64,000 nucleotides of DNA, from the IMG/VR virus record IMGVR_UViG_2850972752_000004. The stretch is one strand, 5' to 3'. Under the pieces are notes generated by a model that was given only the letters and a program-made list of their open reading frames with translations, searched no databases and was not told where the DNA came from. Positions within the stretch are counted from its first letter, which is position 1, and each line of letters starts with the position of its first letter. The translations under genes and the position numbers were made by a program. Positions 36,930-46,292 of this stretch are shown piece after piece. Source of the DNA: an uncultured virus (IMG/VR IMGVR_UViG_2850972752_000004) (Duplodnaviria; Heunggongvirae; Uroviricota; Caudoviricetes).

Positions 36930-37036
36930 GGAATAAGTGCCGGACTAGCCGGCGTCACGCCCGCAGATCAAGGATCCGGGGCTTTCGCCTTGATCGCCAG
37001 TGGTGACCCTTGCTTTCTTCTGCCGCATGCGTGATT

Positions 37037-37160
37037 TGGAGTGACCGGCGCTGATCTCCGGCATGACTGGCCCTGCTGTCACCCCCACTTAAGGCGGTGT
37101 CGGATAGCATCGTATCCAGTCGGGTATTCCTTGCTGCGCATCAGCCTGCGCATTCACTCC
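37037..37160 (-). ncRNA. tRNA-like structured RNA of unknown family
   Basis: Terminal stem GGAGTG/CACTCC-A, hairpin TGCGCA-GGCTGA-TGCGCA, hairpin GCCGG-AGATCAGCG-CCGGT, long central arm closed by GACTGG/CCAGTC. Confidence 0.55.
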
Positions 37161-37419
37161 GTGCCGGGCTTCCACCGGCTCCCACTTCACTTTAACGCCT
37201 GCGTGTCCAAGGCGATCCCGGAGTATTAGGTCGCGGTAGGGCCGGGTCCCACCTTTGACCATCCTCGGCCGCGTAGTCGCAACCCAGAAGGATTCAGATC
37301 AGAACTACTACCGCTCCAACCAGGAGCAGCAGGACCAGCGCGCCACCGCCGATACCCTTGAGCAGCCAAACATCTTTCGATTCAGCAGACATTGCAGAAC
37401 TCCGTAGATGGATGGAAAC

Positions 37420-37448
37420 AAAAAGCCCCGGCATTTGCCAGGGCTTCG
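37420..37448 (-). terminator. tR'-like terminator downstream of the Q-like gene
   Basis: gaagccctggc-aaat-gccggggctttt. Confidence 0.7.
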
Positions 37449-37516
37449 GTGGTGACTTTCGCCAGAGGCGAATTTGTCACGATGGAGATAAGTCTGCCTC
37501 AGCCGGACATTTGTCG

Positions 37517-38203
37517 TCAAGCAGCATTTTTCATCATTTTTATCGCTGAGGAGACAGGCACAAGCGCTGCCTTGTCGAGGTCATTGCAGGCATCAAAACA
37601 GGACTGAATGAATCCCTCCCACTCCCTGGTCCATTGCTCTGACGATAGCTCAAGTCCGTGAATCTGGAGCAGCCATGCGCGGAACGACTCAGGGCTTGGG
37701 CAAGGATCAACACCTTCACTCTGCCCGCCCTGATGCATGCGGCGGTACCGGAACAAGACTCCCGCAGCGACATAGCGCGCCTTCTCGAATTTCTTCGTGT
37801 ACATCCTTGGGCCAGTTTCGTACGCGACCCTGAACACGATCTCTTCCGCAGCCTCCTTGTCGTCTTCGTCAGCCATCGGGCTGTACATGTGATTGCCGAA
37901 CACCTTCAGATGCGCCGGGAGGGTATCGATCGCCTTTTGAATCACGCCGGCGAGCGCCTGATGAACAGCCCGAGGAGTGCTAATGTCGCGCTCAGTTCTG
38001 GTCTGGTGGATTCCTGGCACGAAGGTGTGCTGGCTGTAGGAGACAGCCTCCCCATCATCATCGATCTCGGTGATACGGCGCCGGACATATCCGCCAGCTT
38101 CGACAATTCCAAGAGCAGCTCGCTCTGCCGCCTCAGCCATGCCGCTGTTCCAAGGGGTATAGAACGCATCGTGCCAGGCGATACGTGCACTGTTCAGATT
38201 CAT
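37517..38203 (-). CDS. late gene regulator (Q-like antiterminator, by position)
   Basis: Last gene of the nin region, followed by a promoter-like TTGACG and a terminator before the late operon. Confidence 0.65.
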   Translation of the reverse strand: MNLNSARIAWHDAFYTPWNSGMAEAAERAALGIVEAGGYVRRRITEIDDDGEAVSYSQHTFVPGIHQTRTERDISTPRAVHQALAGVIQKAIDTLPAHLKVFGNHMYSPMADEDDKEAAEEIVFRVAYETGPRMYTKKFEKARYVAAGVLFRYRRMHQGGQSEGVDPCPSPESFRAWLLQIHGLELSSEQWTREWEGFIQSCFDACNDLDKAALVPVSSAIKMMKNAA

Positions 38204-38273
38204 TTCCCTTCCCCCTTAATCAGCCCATATTCACGAAGGATTTCCCATTGCTGGGCGATGTATTCGGCTAGCG

Positions 38274-38591
38274 TCATGCCGGCTTTGCCTCCTTGCGGAA
38301 GGCGGTGGCGACGATCAGGAACTGCGCCATGAAGGCGGAGGCGCCTAGCATTGGATGCCCGCTGAAGATCAGGGCATAGACGTAGAAGATGGATGGCAGG
38401 AGCTGAATCCAGAAGGTCCGGCGGATGCGCGCACTGACCTCGTCCTTGACCATGCCGAGGAGCATCCCGATCCAGGCAAGAGCGTTCATGATGACGCAGA
38501 CGTAGAAGGCGAACTGCGATAGCTGGCCGATGCCGGACAGCAGGGAAAGGCTCAGCGTCATGCTGATGATGATCGAGATGGTGGTTTTCAT
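38274..38591 (-). CDS. hypothetical membrane protein
   Basis: 105 aa, hydrophobic. Confidence 0.7.
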   Translation of the reverse strand: MKTTISIIISMTLSLSLLSGIGQLSQFAFYVCVIMNALAWIGMLLGMVKDEVSARIRRTFWIQLLPSIFYVYALIFSGHPMLGASAFMAQFLIVATAFRKEAKPA

Positions 38592-39235
38592 CAGGCAGTC
38601 CTCTTTTTCAGTTCGCGCAGCTTGGCGCGGTACTCGGCGGTGATCGCCTTCAGTTCGTCGTTGGTGTACTTGCGGGGACGGTGATCGGCTTCCAGAGCCT
38701 CTACAGCTTCCAGGCCGATGCGTTCGATCAAGCCCTCACGGAAGCCCTGGGAAACGGTAAGACCCTTCCTGGCGTACTTGCTGGAGCCGGCGTTACATGC
38801 CTTGCATTGAAGCCATATGTTGGATGGCTCCAGGCGGTGCTCGGGCCTTGCCCCTTTGCCGAGGAAATGCCCTGCGTCGAATGCGCCTCCAGTCTTCCAG
38901 CCTTGTTCGGCCAGTACCTCGGCCTGAGACTTGCCACAGCTCATGCAGCCGCTTCCGATGGAAAGTTCGTAGGTTCGCCGGTAGTCCCGAACGGCCTTCT
39001 CTGCATCTTTGATGTGGTCGCTGTGCGTCTTCAGCCTCTCCTTCCGCACTTTGATCTCCCGCCGCTCTCGGTCGGCGATGGCCTTCCGCGCCGGCTTGGC
39101 GTGCTTGTCCTTGATGGCCAGGGCGCAGGCCGGCGAGCAGGCCTTTTGCGTGCTGCTGAAGCGAGGGGTGAACTCCTGGCCGCATGCAGGGTTCTGGCAC
39201 TTCCGCAGCTTCGCTTGGCGAGTTGGGAGCGTCAT
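38591..39235 (-). CDS. ninG: NinG/Rap recombination endonuclease
   Basis: C..C, CS..CA, CMSCG, DAGH, NI..QC..CN, LIERIG...VE.LE. Confidence 0.9.
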   Translation of the reverse strand: MTLPTRQAKLRKCQNPACGQEFTPRFSSTQKACSPACALAIKDKHAKPARKAIADRERREIKVRKERLKTHSDHIKDAEKAVRDYRRTYELSIGSGCMSCGKSQAEVLAEQGWKTGGAFDAGHFLGKGARPEHRLEPSNIWLQCKACNAGSSKYARKGLTVSQGFREGLIERIGLEAVEALEADHRPRKYTNDELKAITAEYRAKLRELKKRTA

Positions 39236-39702
39236 GCTGCGTCCTCGCTAAGCAGATCGTTGAAGAAAACACCCTTCTCCGAGAACTCAGCAACGATGGC
39301 ATCGGTGTAGGCGATGCCCTGGGCTCGGTTGAAGAGCCTGGTCACGGGGAAGCCATCCGGTCCGAACATGGCGCAGGCGCCCATCAGGCGGATCTTGGTT
39401 TCGTAGTCCAGGTTCAAGAACAGGCGGTTCCAGCCATCGCGGAAATCGGCATCGGCTGCTCGCATGATCGGCACACCGAAATGGAGCTTGCAGTACCGGC
39501 GAGCGTCCTCTACGTCATCCATTCCGGTCATCTGGGCAATTCGCTGGTAGAGCGCGAACCATAGGGCGTTCTGGTCCAGTGTTCTGTCCTTCCCGGGGCG
39601 AAGGGAAACCACGACGTACTTTTTCTCGCGGTACATCGCGGTCAGGCGGGTGATCGCCTCGGACAGGCGCGCGGCGCTGTTTACGGCGATTCGATCAGCC
39701 AC
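39232..39702 (-). CDS. NinB/YbcN-like protein
   Basis: [21 protein letters not shown] start. Confidence 0.7.
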   Translation of the reverse strand: MADRIAVNSAARLSEAITRLTAMYREKKYVVVSLRPGKDRTLDQNALWFALYQRIAQMTGMDDVEDARRYCKLHFGVPIMRAADADFRDGWNRLFLNLDYETKIRLMGACAMFGPDGFPVTRLFNRAQGIAYTDAIVAEFSEKGVFFNDLLSEDAA

Positions 39703-39901
39703 GGCTTGCCCTCCGCTCAGCCAGTTCCGCACAGTCCCGGCACTTCCGAACCCCAGGAACGATCGAGCGCCGCGCTACCGGAATCTCCTCGCCGCAGTCT
39801 TCACATTCGTACAGGCTCTCGCCGACGTACTTGACTCGGGAGTACAGTCGTTCAGCGAGTTCTCGCTCGGCGTAGTCATTGGCGATGTCTACGATATCCA
39901 C
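39695..39901 (-). CDS. TraR/DksA C4-type zinc finger protein
   Basis: MDIVD.A, CEDCGEEIP.ARR...PG...C.DC. Confidence 0.92.
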   Translation of the reverse strand: MDIVDIANDYAERELAERLYSRVKYVGESLYECEDCGEEIPVARRSIVPGVRKCRDCAELAERRASRG

Positions 39902-39902
39902 G

Positions 39903-40412
39903 TCACTCGCCCTCCCCTTGCAGGCTCTTCAGCAGTGCCTTGAGCTGGCGATAGCTTTCCATCGACTTAGCGTTCGATTCGCGTTCCTGCTCGACTGCCA
40001 GAGCGACGTCCTCGATGCGATCAGACAGGCGCTTCATGTGCTCGGCCATGCCGGCGAGCTCGTTTGCCAGTTCGCCCAACATCTCCAGCGGGGAGGCAGA
40101 GCGCTTCTGCTCGGACTGGGTTTCGATCTTCTTCGCGGGCTCGCCCATCTTCGGCTCCTGAGGCTTGGTCTTTTTCTCGACTTGGATTCGTTGGTAGTGG
40201 TCAGTACCAGTGCGGCGGATCAGTCCGGAATCGACCAGATCGCGCAGACAGCCCTGGACAATCCGAACGTCCGGCGTGCTTCCGGTCATATTGCGGAGCG
40301 CGGTGAGCACCTGGAACGAACGCCAGGGCTCAGAGATCGGTACGCACTCATAGACCTTCTTCGCGATGCCGGTCTGCCCCTGCATGAGGGACTCCTGTTT
40401 TGCGGGCGTCAC
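39903..40412 (-). CDS. hypothetical protein (possible wHTH plus coiled coil)
   Basis: 169-aa ORF in the early-right operon. Confidence 0.7.
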   Translation of the reverse strand: MTPAKQESLMQGQTGIAKKVYECVPISEPWRSFQVLTALRNMTGSTPDVRIVQGCLRDLVDSGLIRRTGTDHYQRIQVEKKTKPQEPKMGEPAKKIETQSEQKRSASPLEMLGELANELAGMAEHMKRLSDRIEDVALAVEQERESNAKSMESYRQLKALLKSLQGEGE

Positions 40413-40574
40413 TGCTCGATCCTCCCTTCAGGCCAAATGCTCTTCACGACCGCGAGCGGGTCGCAGTCGTCCGTTACGATCAAGGTGAAGCGCTTGCTTC
40501 CTACGATTACGGTCCAGGATCGTTTCATTGGCCCGCTCCTTTGCTGCCATAGCGGTCAGACAGCCGAGTTACTT

Positions 40575-42404
40575 TCATGCGGCCTCCTGATCGGCTTGTT
40601 GTTGGGTGATTCCGGAAAATTCAATCCACTGGCGAGGCTTGTGCCCTTCGCGCTCCATGTACTGAGCGGATGCGGGGTCGAACCAGAGATAGATGGTTTC
40701 CTCGACACCGGTCAGGCGCTGCTTGGTGATGATCATCTTCACGTCCGGCTGCTGCTTGAGGTGCTCGGCTTGATCCTCATCGGTGCCCTTCATCGCGGAC
40801 TCCTTCTTCTTGTTGCGCCACACGGTGATCACGTTGTCGGCCAGGTCAGTGAGGATGGCGCCGCCGCGAACGTCGAGCTTTCCAGGCATCTTGGATTCGT
40901 CGTCTGCCTTGCGCGGGTGAGCCACCAGGTGAACGTGGACGCCCATCTCATGCGCGAAACCAACGATGGATTCCATGGCCTGCTTCTGGCCGTTGTAGTC
41001 GTCTTCGGCCATCCCCAGCTTCGCCAGGCTATCGACGACGAACTGCTTCACCCCATAACGGCGAGCGGCGTAGCGGAAGGTTTCGATCATCTCGGCGGTG
41101 TTGGCCGAACCCATCTGGTTGTAGATCCACAGTCGACCACCCAGGAACTCCAGGATGGCGTGGATGTACCCACGGGAGGGCTGGTTGAGCCCGGCGGCCT
41201 GGCGCACCATGCGCTGCAAGGTCCGCTTGGCAGGCATCTCCATCGAGGCGATGCAGAACTTCTCGCCCTGGCGCATGCCGTGGAAAGCCAGGTAGTTCAG
41301 GAGCTGGGATTTCCCGTGCCCGCTCCAGCCGGTCCAGATCGTGACCTCGCTGTCGCGGAAGCGGATCATGTCGCGGGACTTCTCCCATGGGGTCGCCATA
41401 CCCATGACTGCGGGGTTGCGCTCGAAGAACTCGGCGCACACGTCATCAACGAACGACTCAGCCCCTACCAGCTTCTCGGGATCGAGCGTCTTGGCCTTGG
41501 CGTAGCAGTCGTCGATGTCGTCGCGGGTGTAGAACAGGGCATCCAGGGCTTCGTTGAAGTCCTTGCAGCCTAGGTCCAGGATGCGGCAGCGCTCGCGCCC
41601 AAGGCGCTTGATGATTTCTTCGGTCGCCTGCTTGCCGGGCTCGTCGTCATCCATGGCGAGGTAGATCACGTCGAACCGGGACAGGCGCGAATATTCGTGC
41701 TCGATCCACGCCTGTTTCTCGCCCTTACCACCACCGAACGGAACCGACAGCGCCGGACGACCGTACTGCCAGGCAGTCATGGCGTCGATCTCGCCCTCGG
41801 TGATCGTCACCTCGCGAGCGCCATCGGGAATGGCCTGCCAGCCGAACAGGCAAGGCTCTGCGTCAGCCGAGGCGGAAATCCGTTTCTTCCCGTTGGGGCG
41901 ATCAACTCCGAGCTTCTTCCAGAAGATCAGAGCGCCGTCCCGCAGGTACGGGAACACGATGTCTCGGCCAGACTCGCCGATCTTGAACTCGGCAATGGTT
42001 TCCGGCTTCAGACCGCGCCCAACAAGGTAGGCCATGACCGGAGACTCATCGACCGGAGCCTTGCACTTGGGGCGCTCAGGGCGAACGTAGGTCTTGCGAG
42101 AGGGCGCTTCGAGTTTCGGATCAGCGATGCCCAAGTAGGACTTCGCCTCGGCCAGTGCGGTGCCCATGTCACAACCGCGAACAGCGCGCCACAGGTCCAA
42201 CAGGTCGCCTGTTTCGCCGGTCGAGAAGTCGCACCAGACGCCGGCTTTCTCGCCCTTGAGGTGGACGCCCAGGCTCTGGCCCTTTTCGCCGTTCACGCTG
42301 CCGACACGCCACTCGGCTCCCTCGCGCTTTCCGCTGGGCAGCAAGTGGTGCGCAACGTCGATCACGCGATCAGCGAGGCGCTGAGCAATCTCAGAGGGGG
42401 TCAT
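40575..42404 (-). CDS. bifunctional primase-helicase (TOPRIM plus SF4 helicase)
   Basis: ITEGEIDAM, MDDDEPGK (TOPRIM); GWSGHGKS (Walker A), VVDSL, LVAHPRK. Confidence 0.93.
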   Translation of the reverse strand: MTPSEIAQRLADRVIDVAHHLLPSGKREGAEWRVGSVNGEKGQSLGVHLKGEKAGVWCDFSTGETGDLLDLWRAVRGCDMGTALAEAKSYLGIADPKLEAPSRKTYVRPERPKCKAPVDESPVMAYLVGRGLKPETIAEFKIGESGRDIVFPYLRDGALIFWKKLGVDRPNGKKRISASADAEPCLFGWQAIPDGAREVTITEGEIDAMTAWQYGRPALSVPFGGGKGEKQAWIEHEYSRLSRFDVIYLAMDDDEPGKQATEEIIKRLGRERCRILDLGCKDFNEALDALFYTRDDIDDCYAKAKTLDPEKLVGAESFVDDVCAEFFERNPAVMGMATPWEKSRDMIRFRDSEVTIWTGWSGHGKSQLLNYLAFHGMRQGEKFCIASMEMPAKRTLQRMVRQAAGLNQPSRGYIHAILEFLGGRLWIYNQMGSANTAEMIETFRYAARRYGVKQFVVDSLAKLGMAEDDYNGQKQAMESIVGFAHEMGVHVHLVAHPRKADDESKMPGKLDVRGGAILTDLADNVITVWRNKKKESAMKGTDEDQAEHLKQQPDVKMIITKQRLTGVEETIYLWFDPASAQYMEREGHKPRQWIEFSGITQQQADQEAA

Positions 42405-43300
42405 TGCGCCTCCCCGGCAGCCGGCAGGCGCTTGCAGGTGTAGTCGTGCGTGTAGATCGACAGGACTGTGTTCGGAAGGTGGTCGTGCCAGAACTCGTGG
42501 GACTCGGTCACATAACCACGCGGCGCTTCGAACGGGTATGTTTTCCCGTTCACGACAGCGCCCTTGCGGATCGGGTGGACGTTCGACTTCACGCGGTCAG
42601 GGAACAACCCCATCCACCCTGCGCTGATCGAAGCCTGGATCACTGCATCCGGGTTGGGATGGCCTGCAAGCTGCTTCGCTTGCGCCTTGCAGGTGGTCTC
42701 CTTCAGCGGCTTGCGCAACTCGCTCCGGCACTTGACCCATTCAGCCCACACCGATGGCGTGACGTTTTCCGGGCAAGCATCCAGCGGGTTGAACTTCGGA
42801 GACGGCACAGCCGGCTCTACCCCCTCAGGGGGGTAAGGGGGGTTATGCTCTTTCTCTTCTTCTGTATCTTTATCTAGCGTGACATTGCGTGACTCTGCGT
42901 GACATTGCGTGACATCATCAACTTTAGATGCCTCCCGCTCACGTTCGCGCTGCTCCCTTTTACGCTGAGCAGCAGATTTTGCGCCTCTTTCAGGGTTACC
43001 GGCGTCCTCGCGCTTCGGCTGACGGTTATCCCATCCAGTGAGGGCATCACCATCCAGAACGCGCCCTTGCATCGCGTCGATAACATTCACGATCTGTTCG
43101 TCTGTCACGTCAAGCGCGCTAGCCAAATCTTCCGTCGTGACAGTCACGTGACCGCGCGTGACATTTCGTGACGCATCGACCAGAAGATGCAAATACACCG
43201 CCTGGACCAACGCAACGGGTTGCCCGGATACGCGAGCAATCGTTCTCCATTTCGGATCATTCGGCATGTCATGCCAAAGCCGCAGCCAGCTATTCGACAT
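42401..43300 (-). CDS. replication initiator (O-like)
   Basis: WLRLWHDMPNDPKW N-terminus, internal iterons, W..W...R C-terminal domain. Confidence 0.85.
   Translation of the reverse strand: MSNSWLRLWHDMPNDPKWRTIARVSGQPVALVQAVYLHLLVDASRNVTRGHVTVTTEDLASALDVTDEQIVNVIDAMQGRVLDGDALTGWDNRQPKREDAGNPERGAKSAAQRKREQREREREASKVDDVTQCHAESRNVTLDKDTEEEKEHNPPYPPEGVEPAVPSPKFNPLDACPENVTPSVWAEWVKCRSELRKPLKETTCKAQAKQLAGHPNPDAVIQASISAGWMGLFPDRVKSNVHPIRKGAVVNGKTYPFEAPRGYVTESHEFWHDHLPNTVLSIYTHDYTCKRLPAAGEAQ
42877..42916. repeat. origin iterons, 4 x 10 bp GCGTGACWYY
   Basis: gcgtgacatt gcgtgactct gcgtgacatt gcgtgacatc next to an AT-rich tract inside the initiator gene. Confidence 0.8.
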
Positions 43301-43496
43301 TTCCTTCTCCTTTGTCATCGTCCAGCGGGCCACGCATGTCTTCCCGCATCGATGCGGCGAGGATGCAGATGTCGCTTGTGAACTGGTGGAGTTGATCCAG
43401 AGTGATGGTCACGACCTGATCACCTTGGCAGATGGCAATGGAGTCCTTCACCGGACGAAGCTCCAAGGCGTTGTAAGTCAGCGTTCGAGGTTGCAT
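43290..43496 (-). CDS. hypothetical protein
   Basis: 68-aa ORF overlapping the initiator start. Confidence 0.6.
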   Translation of the reverse strand: MQPRTLTYNALELRPVKDSIAICQGDQVVTITLDQLHQFTSDICILAASMREDMRGPLDDDKGEGNVE

Positions 43497-43690
43497 AATT
43501 CACCTGTCACCTGATGTTGTTTTCCCACGCGTGTTTCGGCTGCCACCGATCCACGCACCGACAAAGCCCTGTAGTAGTCGCTCAGGGCTTTGTTGTATCT
43601 GCGCCTCCACTCACTCGAACCCATACCCGCCAGCTCTTCAGCAGCGTTAGCCATTGCGGCGTAGTCGGTATTCGTGAGTCGCTTTCGCAT
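43478..43690 (-). CDS. hypothetical protein
   Basis: MRKRLTNTDY..., coupled to the cII stop. Confidence 0.6.
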   Translation of the reverse strand: MRKRLTNTDYAAMANAAEELAGMGSSEWRRRYNKALSDYYRALSVRGSVAAETRVGKQHQVTGELCNLER

Positions 43691-44001
43691 CAATCCCACC
43701 CCAACGGACCAGGCCGCTTCTTTTCGGCCTGAAGGCCAAGCTCGGCCAGGGTCTTGAGCGCCTGGATGTACTCAGATGGATGGCACTGAGCCGACATCGG
43801 GACGACCTGAAGCTCCAGCAGCGCAAGCACCTTGCACCACCGCTCTATCTCGCCCTCTTTCCAACGACTGACAGTCGATTCGCTCACGCCGATTGTGTCG
43901 GCGACGGTCTTCTGACCCACCGACAAAAGTCGGTTGAGGATCAGGGATTCGAACTCCCGTGCCCTTGCATCGCGCTCGGGGTTTAATTGGCTGGCTGTCA
44001 T
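43690..44001 (-). CDS. cII: CII-family transcriptional activator
   Basis: ES.ILNRL..VGQK.VA..IGVSESTVSRWK...L..L.LQVVP. Confidence 0.88.
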   Translation of the reverse strand: MTASQLNPERDARAREFESLILNRLLSVGQKTVADTIGVSESTVSRWKEGEIERWCKVLALLELQVVPMSAQCHPSEYIQALKTLAELGLQAEKKRPGPLGWD

Positions 44002-44002
44002 G

Positions 44003-44176
44003 TCAGGCGGCCTTCTGATCAGCCTTCAGCTTGTTCTTGCTGATGACTTGAAGTTGGTACTGGCGGCCTACGGGGATCGACTCTCCCCACTGCGTGACAG
44101 CGCTCGGCCGGATGCCCAGGGCCTCAGCGAGCTTCTTTTTGGAGCCAAAATGCTGGATGGCTTCGTTCATGTTCAT
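44003..44176 (-). CDS. cro: Cro repressor (absent from the ORF track, 57 aa)
   Basis: MNMNEAIQHFGSKKKLAEALGIRPSAVTQWGESIPVGRQYQLQVISKNKLKADQKAA, divergent from cI. Confidence 0.9.
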   Translation of the reverse strand: MNMNEAIQHFGSKKKLAEALGIRPSAVTQWGESIPVGRQYQLQVISKNKLKADQKAA

Positions 44177-44204
44177 TGCGCGTCCTCGCGTAGCAATGAA
44201 CCAA

Positions 44205-44275
44205 TTTCAGCACACTGAAATAATGTTCGCAACAGGCTTCCGAGTTTTGCACTCACTTAAATTAAGCTGTCTTAA
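44205..44275. promoter_or_regulatory. OR operator region
   Basis: Palindromes tttcagcacactgaaa (44205-44220) and ttaagctgtcttaa (44262-44275), related to the OL sites. Confidence 0.75.
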
Positions 44276-44284
44276 CATCATCGG

Positions 44285-45013
44285 ATGAACAGAAACGAAC
44301 GAATCGCGCGAGCCATCCAGCTCAGCGGAAAAACGAAAAGTGAAATCGCAAAACTTTGCGACGTCGCGCCCTCAGCCGTCACTCAGTGGATTAATGGCGA
44401 CAGCAAGAGCCTAAAGGCGGAAAGCGCCTTCGCCCTTGCGAAAGCCACCGGCTTCCGCGCGGAGTGGATAACGCTTGGGTCTGGACCAGAGCGCGCCATT
44501 GACGTAGGTCCCGACCACAACCAAGGCGAACTTGTCGGCTTGGTCTCTGCCTGGGATGCAGACACGCCGCTTGAGGATGACGAAGTAGAACTGCCGTACT
44601 ACTCTGAGGTGGAGCTTGCCGCAGGAAACGGTATGACGGAAGTCGTTGAAATCGCTGACAGAAAGCTTCGGTTCTCAAAGGACACGCTTCGGTCAGCAGG
44701 CGTGGAGCCGGAATGTGCCGCAGTAGCCCGAGTTCGTGGGCGATCCATGGAGAGGCTGATCCTCGATGGCGCCGCTATCGGCTTCGACACCAGCTTCACA
44801 CACATCGTCGACGGTGAGATCTACGCCTTCAATCAGGATGGAATGCTTCGCGTCAAGTACCTCTATTCGATGCCCGGGAACTCAGTCCGCATCAGGAGCG
44901 AAAACAGCGACGAGTACCCAGACGAGATACTGACATCCGATCAATTCAGTCAAATCACCATGCTCGGACGTGTCTTCTGGTGGTCAACGGTCCGCCGAGC
45001 CCCGCGCCGATAG
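44285..45013 (+). CDS. cI: CI repressor (HTH plus S24 autopeptidase)
   Basis: N-terminal HTH, LAAGNG cleavage site, VRGRSM serine, RVK lysine. Confidence 0.95.
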   Translation: MNRNERIARAIQLSGKTKSEIAKLCDVAPSAVTQWINGDSKSLKAESAFALAKATGFRAEWITLGSGPERAIDVGPDHNQGELVGLVSAWDADTPLEDDEVELPYYSEVELAAGNGMTEVVEIADRKLRFSKDTLRSAGVEPECAAVARVRGRSMERLILDGAAIGFDTSFTHIVDGEIYAFNQDGMLRVKYLYSMPGNSVRIRSENSDEYPDEILTSDQFSQITMLGRVFWWSTVRRAPRR

Positions 45014-45075
45014 CACCACAAGCCGGACACAGGCCCGCCAAGTGCGGGCTTTTTTGTGCCTGACGATCTCGTCAA

Positions 45076-45198
45076 TTTCAGCAAACTGAAAATATTTTCT
45101 TCAGCAGGCTTGACTATGAATTTCAGCAGACTTAAATTTCATCTCAACGCCGCAGAACAACGCAGCGCCAGGCCACCGAGCCGACCGCTCTTTAACAA
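45076..45198 (+). promoter_or_regulatory. OL operators, pL promoter and nut boxA
   Basis: tttcagcaaactgaaa (45076), ttcagcaggcttga (45100), tttcagcagacttaaa (45121); TTGACT 17 bp TAAATT; boxA CGCTCTTTAACAA at 45186-45198. Confidence 0.8.
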
Positions 45199-45476
45199 CC
45201 CGCGCCATGAACGACTACCCGGCACCGCCGGTTAGGTCAGCCCGAGCTGTCTCCTGGCGGGCGAAAGAAATCCAGGGGAAACAACCAAGCCTGCCTCTAC
45301 GGCGACCGGCGATCCGACAGGCCCGAAAGCCTGCCAACGCGCAGACAACTGCGACGGCGGACGAAGCGAAATGCTGAACCGAGCGAATGACCCGCATGCA
45401 GGTGCGGAGAAACACCGATTTCACTGGCTGGCCCTCCAACGAGGGCCAGACGGGAAATCAAACGAGGGAAACAGCA

Positions 45477-45755
45477 ATGAGCCAGATCTCAATAGTGGGC
45501 TACGAAAGCGACTGCAATTGCGAGCACTGTGGGCGCGCCCTGAGGCACGGAATCCGTCTTAGCGACGGCAGGCTTGTGGGCGCCAGCTGCCTCGACAAAA
45601 AGCTGACCAAGCCGCGCAAGTATCAGGGCAAGTCCTTTCGCTTCGGTGCTGAGCACATCATCAAGATTGCAAAGGTTGTTCAGTTCTACTCGCCGGGCAA
45701 CTGGGCGCGCTTTGGCGTTTCCGCATCGAGCACGACGTTTGAGGGGGTCGCATGA
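45477..45755 (+). CDS. hypothetical Cys-containing protein
   Basis: MSQISIVG..CEHCGR; RBS GAGGG. Confidence 0.7.
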   Translation: MSQISIVGYESDCNCEHCGRALRHGIRLSDGRLVGASCLDKKLTKPRKYQGKSFRFGAEHIIKIAKVVQFYSPGNWARFGVSASSTTFEGVA

Positions 45756-45992
45756 AGATCAGACCAAAGGCTGCGCCCGCAAGCCTGAAAGCAGACGGGC
45801 GCGAATACTCGCGCCTAGTTCTTGCGGCATTCAACTGGATCAACGAAGACGATGAAGCCGAGCGGCTCGTAGAGCTGAATAGCAGGAAACGCGAAGTGAA
45901 TGAGAACGCAAAGAAGCGGTTTTGAGATTTCCTCAGTCGCCCTTCGCAAGAGGGGCATCGAGGAAGTCAACACGCCCTGGAGGGCAACAACA

Positions 45993-46178
45993 ATGACGCG
46001 CAACGAGTACGACGAGATGGAAGCCACTGCAAACGTGGCATTGGCTGGCCTTCTGGCTGGTGATGGCCAGTGGGTAAGCAATCCCAACGAACTGGTCAGG
46101 CATGCATTCGACATAGCCGAAGCCTTCAATGTCGAGAAGAAGCGCCGACTCGGCGAACGTCCGGAATGGGACAACTGA
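45993..46178 (+). CDS. hypothetical protein
   Basis: RBS GGAGG; MTRNEYDE. Confidence 0.65.
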   Translation: MTRNEYDEMEATANVALAGLLAGDGQWVSNPNELVRHAFDIAEAFNVEKKRRLGERPEWDN

Positions 46179-46292
46179 ACCGCTATTGATACGGACCGCC
46201 CCGGTTCGCCGGGGCATCACCAGCTCCAACCCATTTGCCCATCCGGGCGCCCTATCGCCCAACCCAGGGCAAACCTAAAACGGAGAATCGCG

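Noticed and set aside
39879..41573. 564-aa plus-strand ORF, and similar long antisense ORFs over J, TMP and IS66
   Set aside because: Antisense shadows of well-supported GC-rich genes
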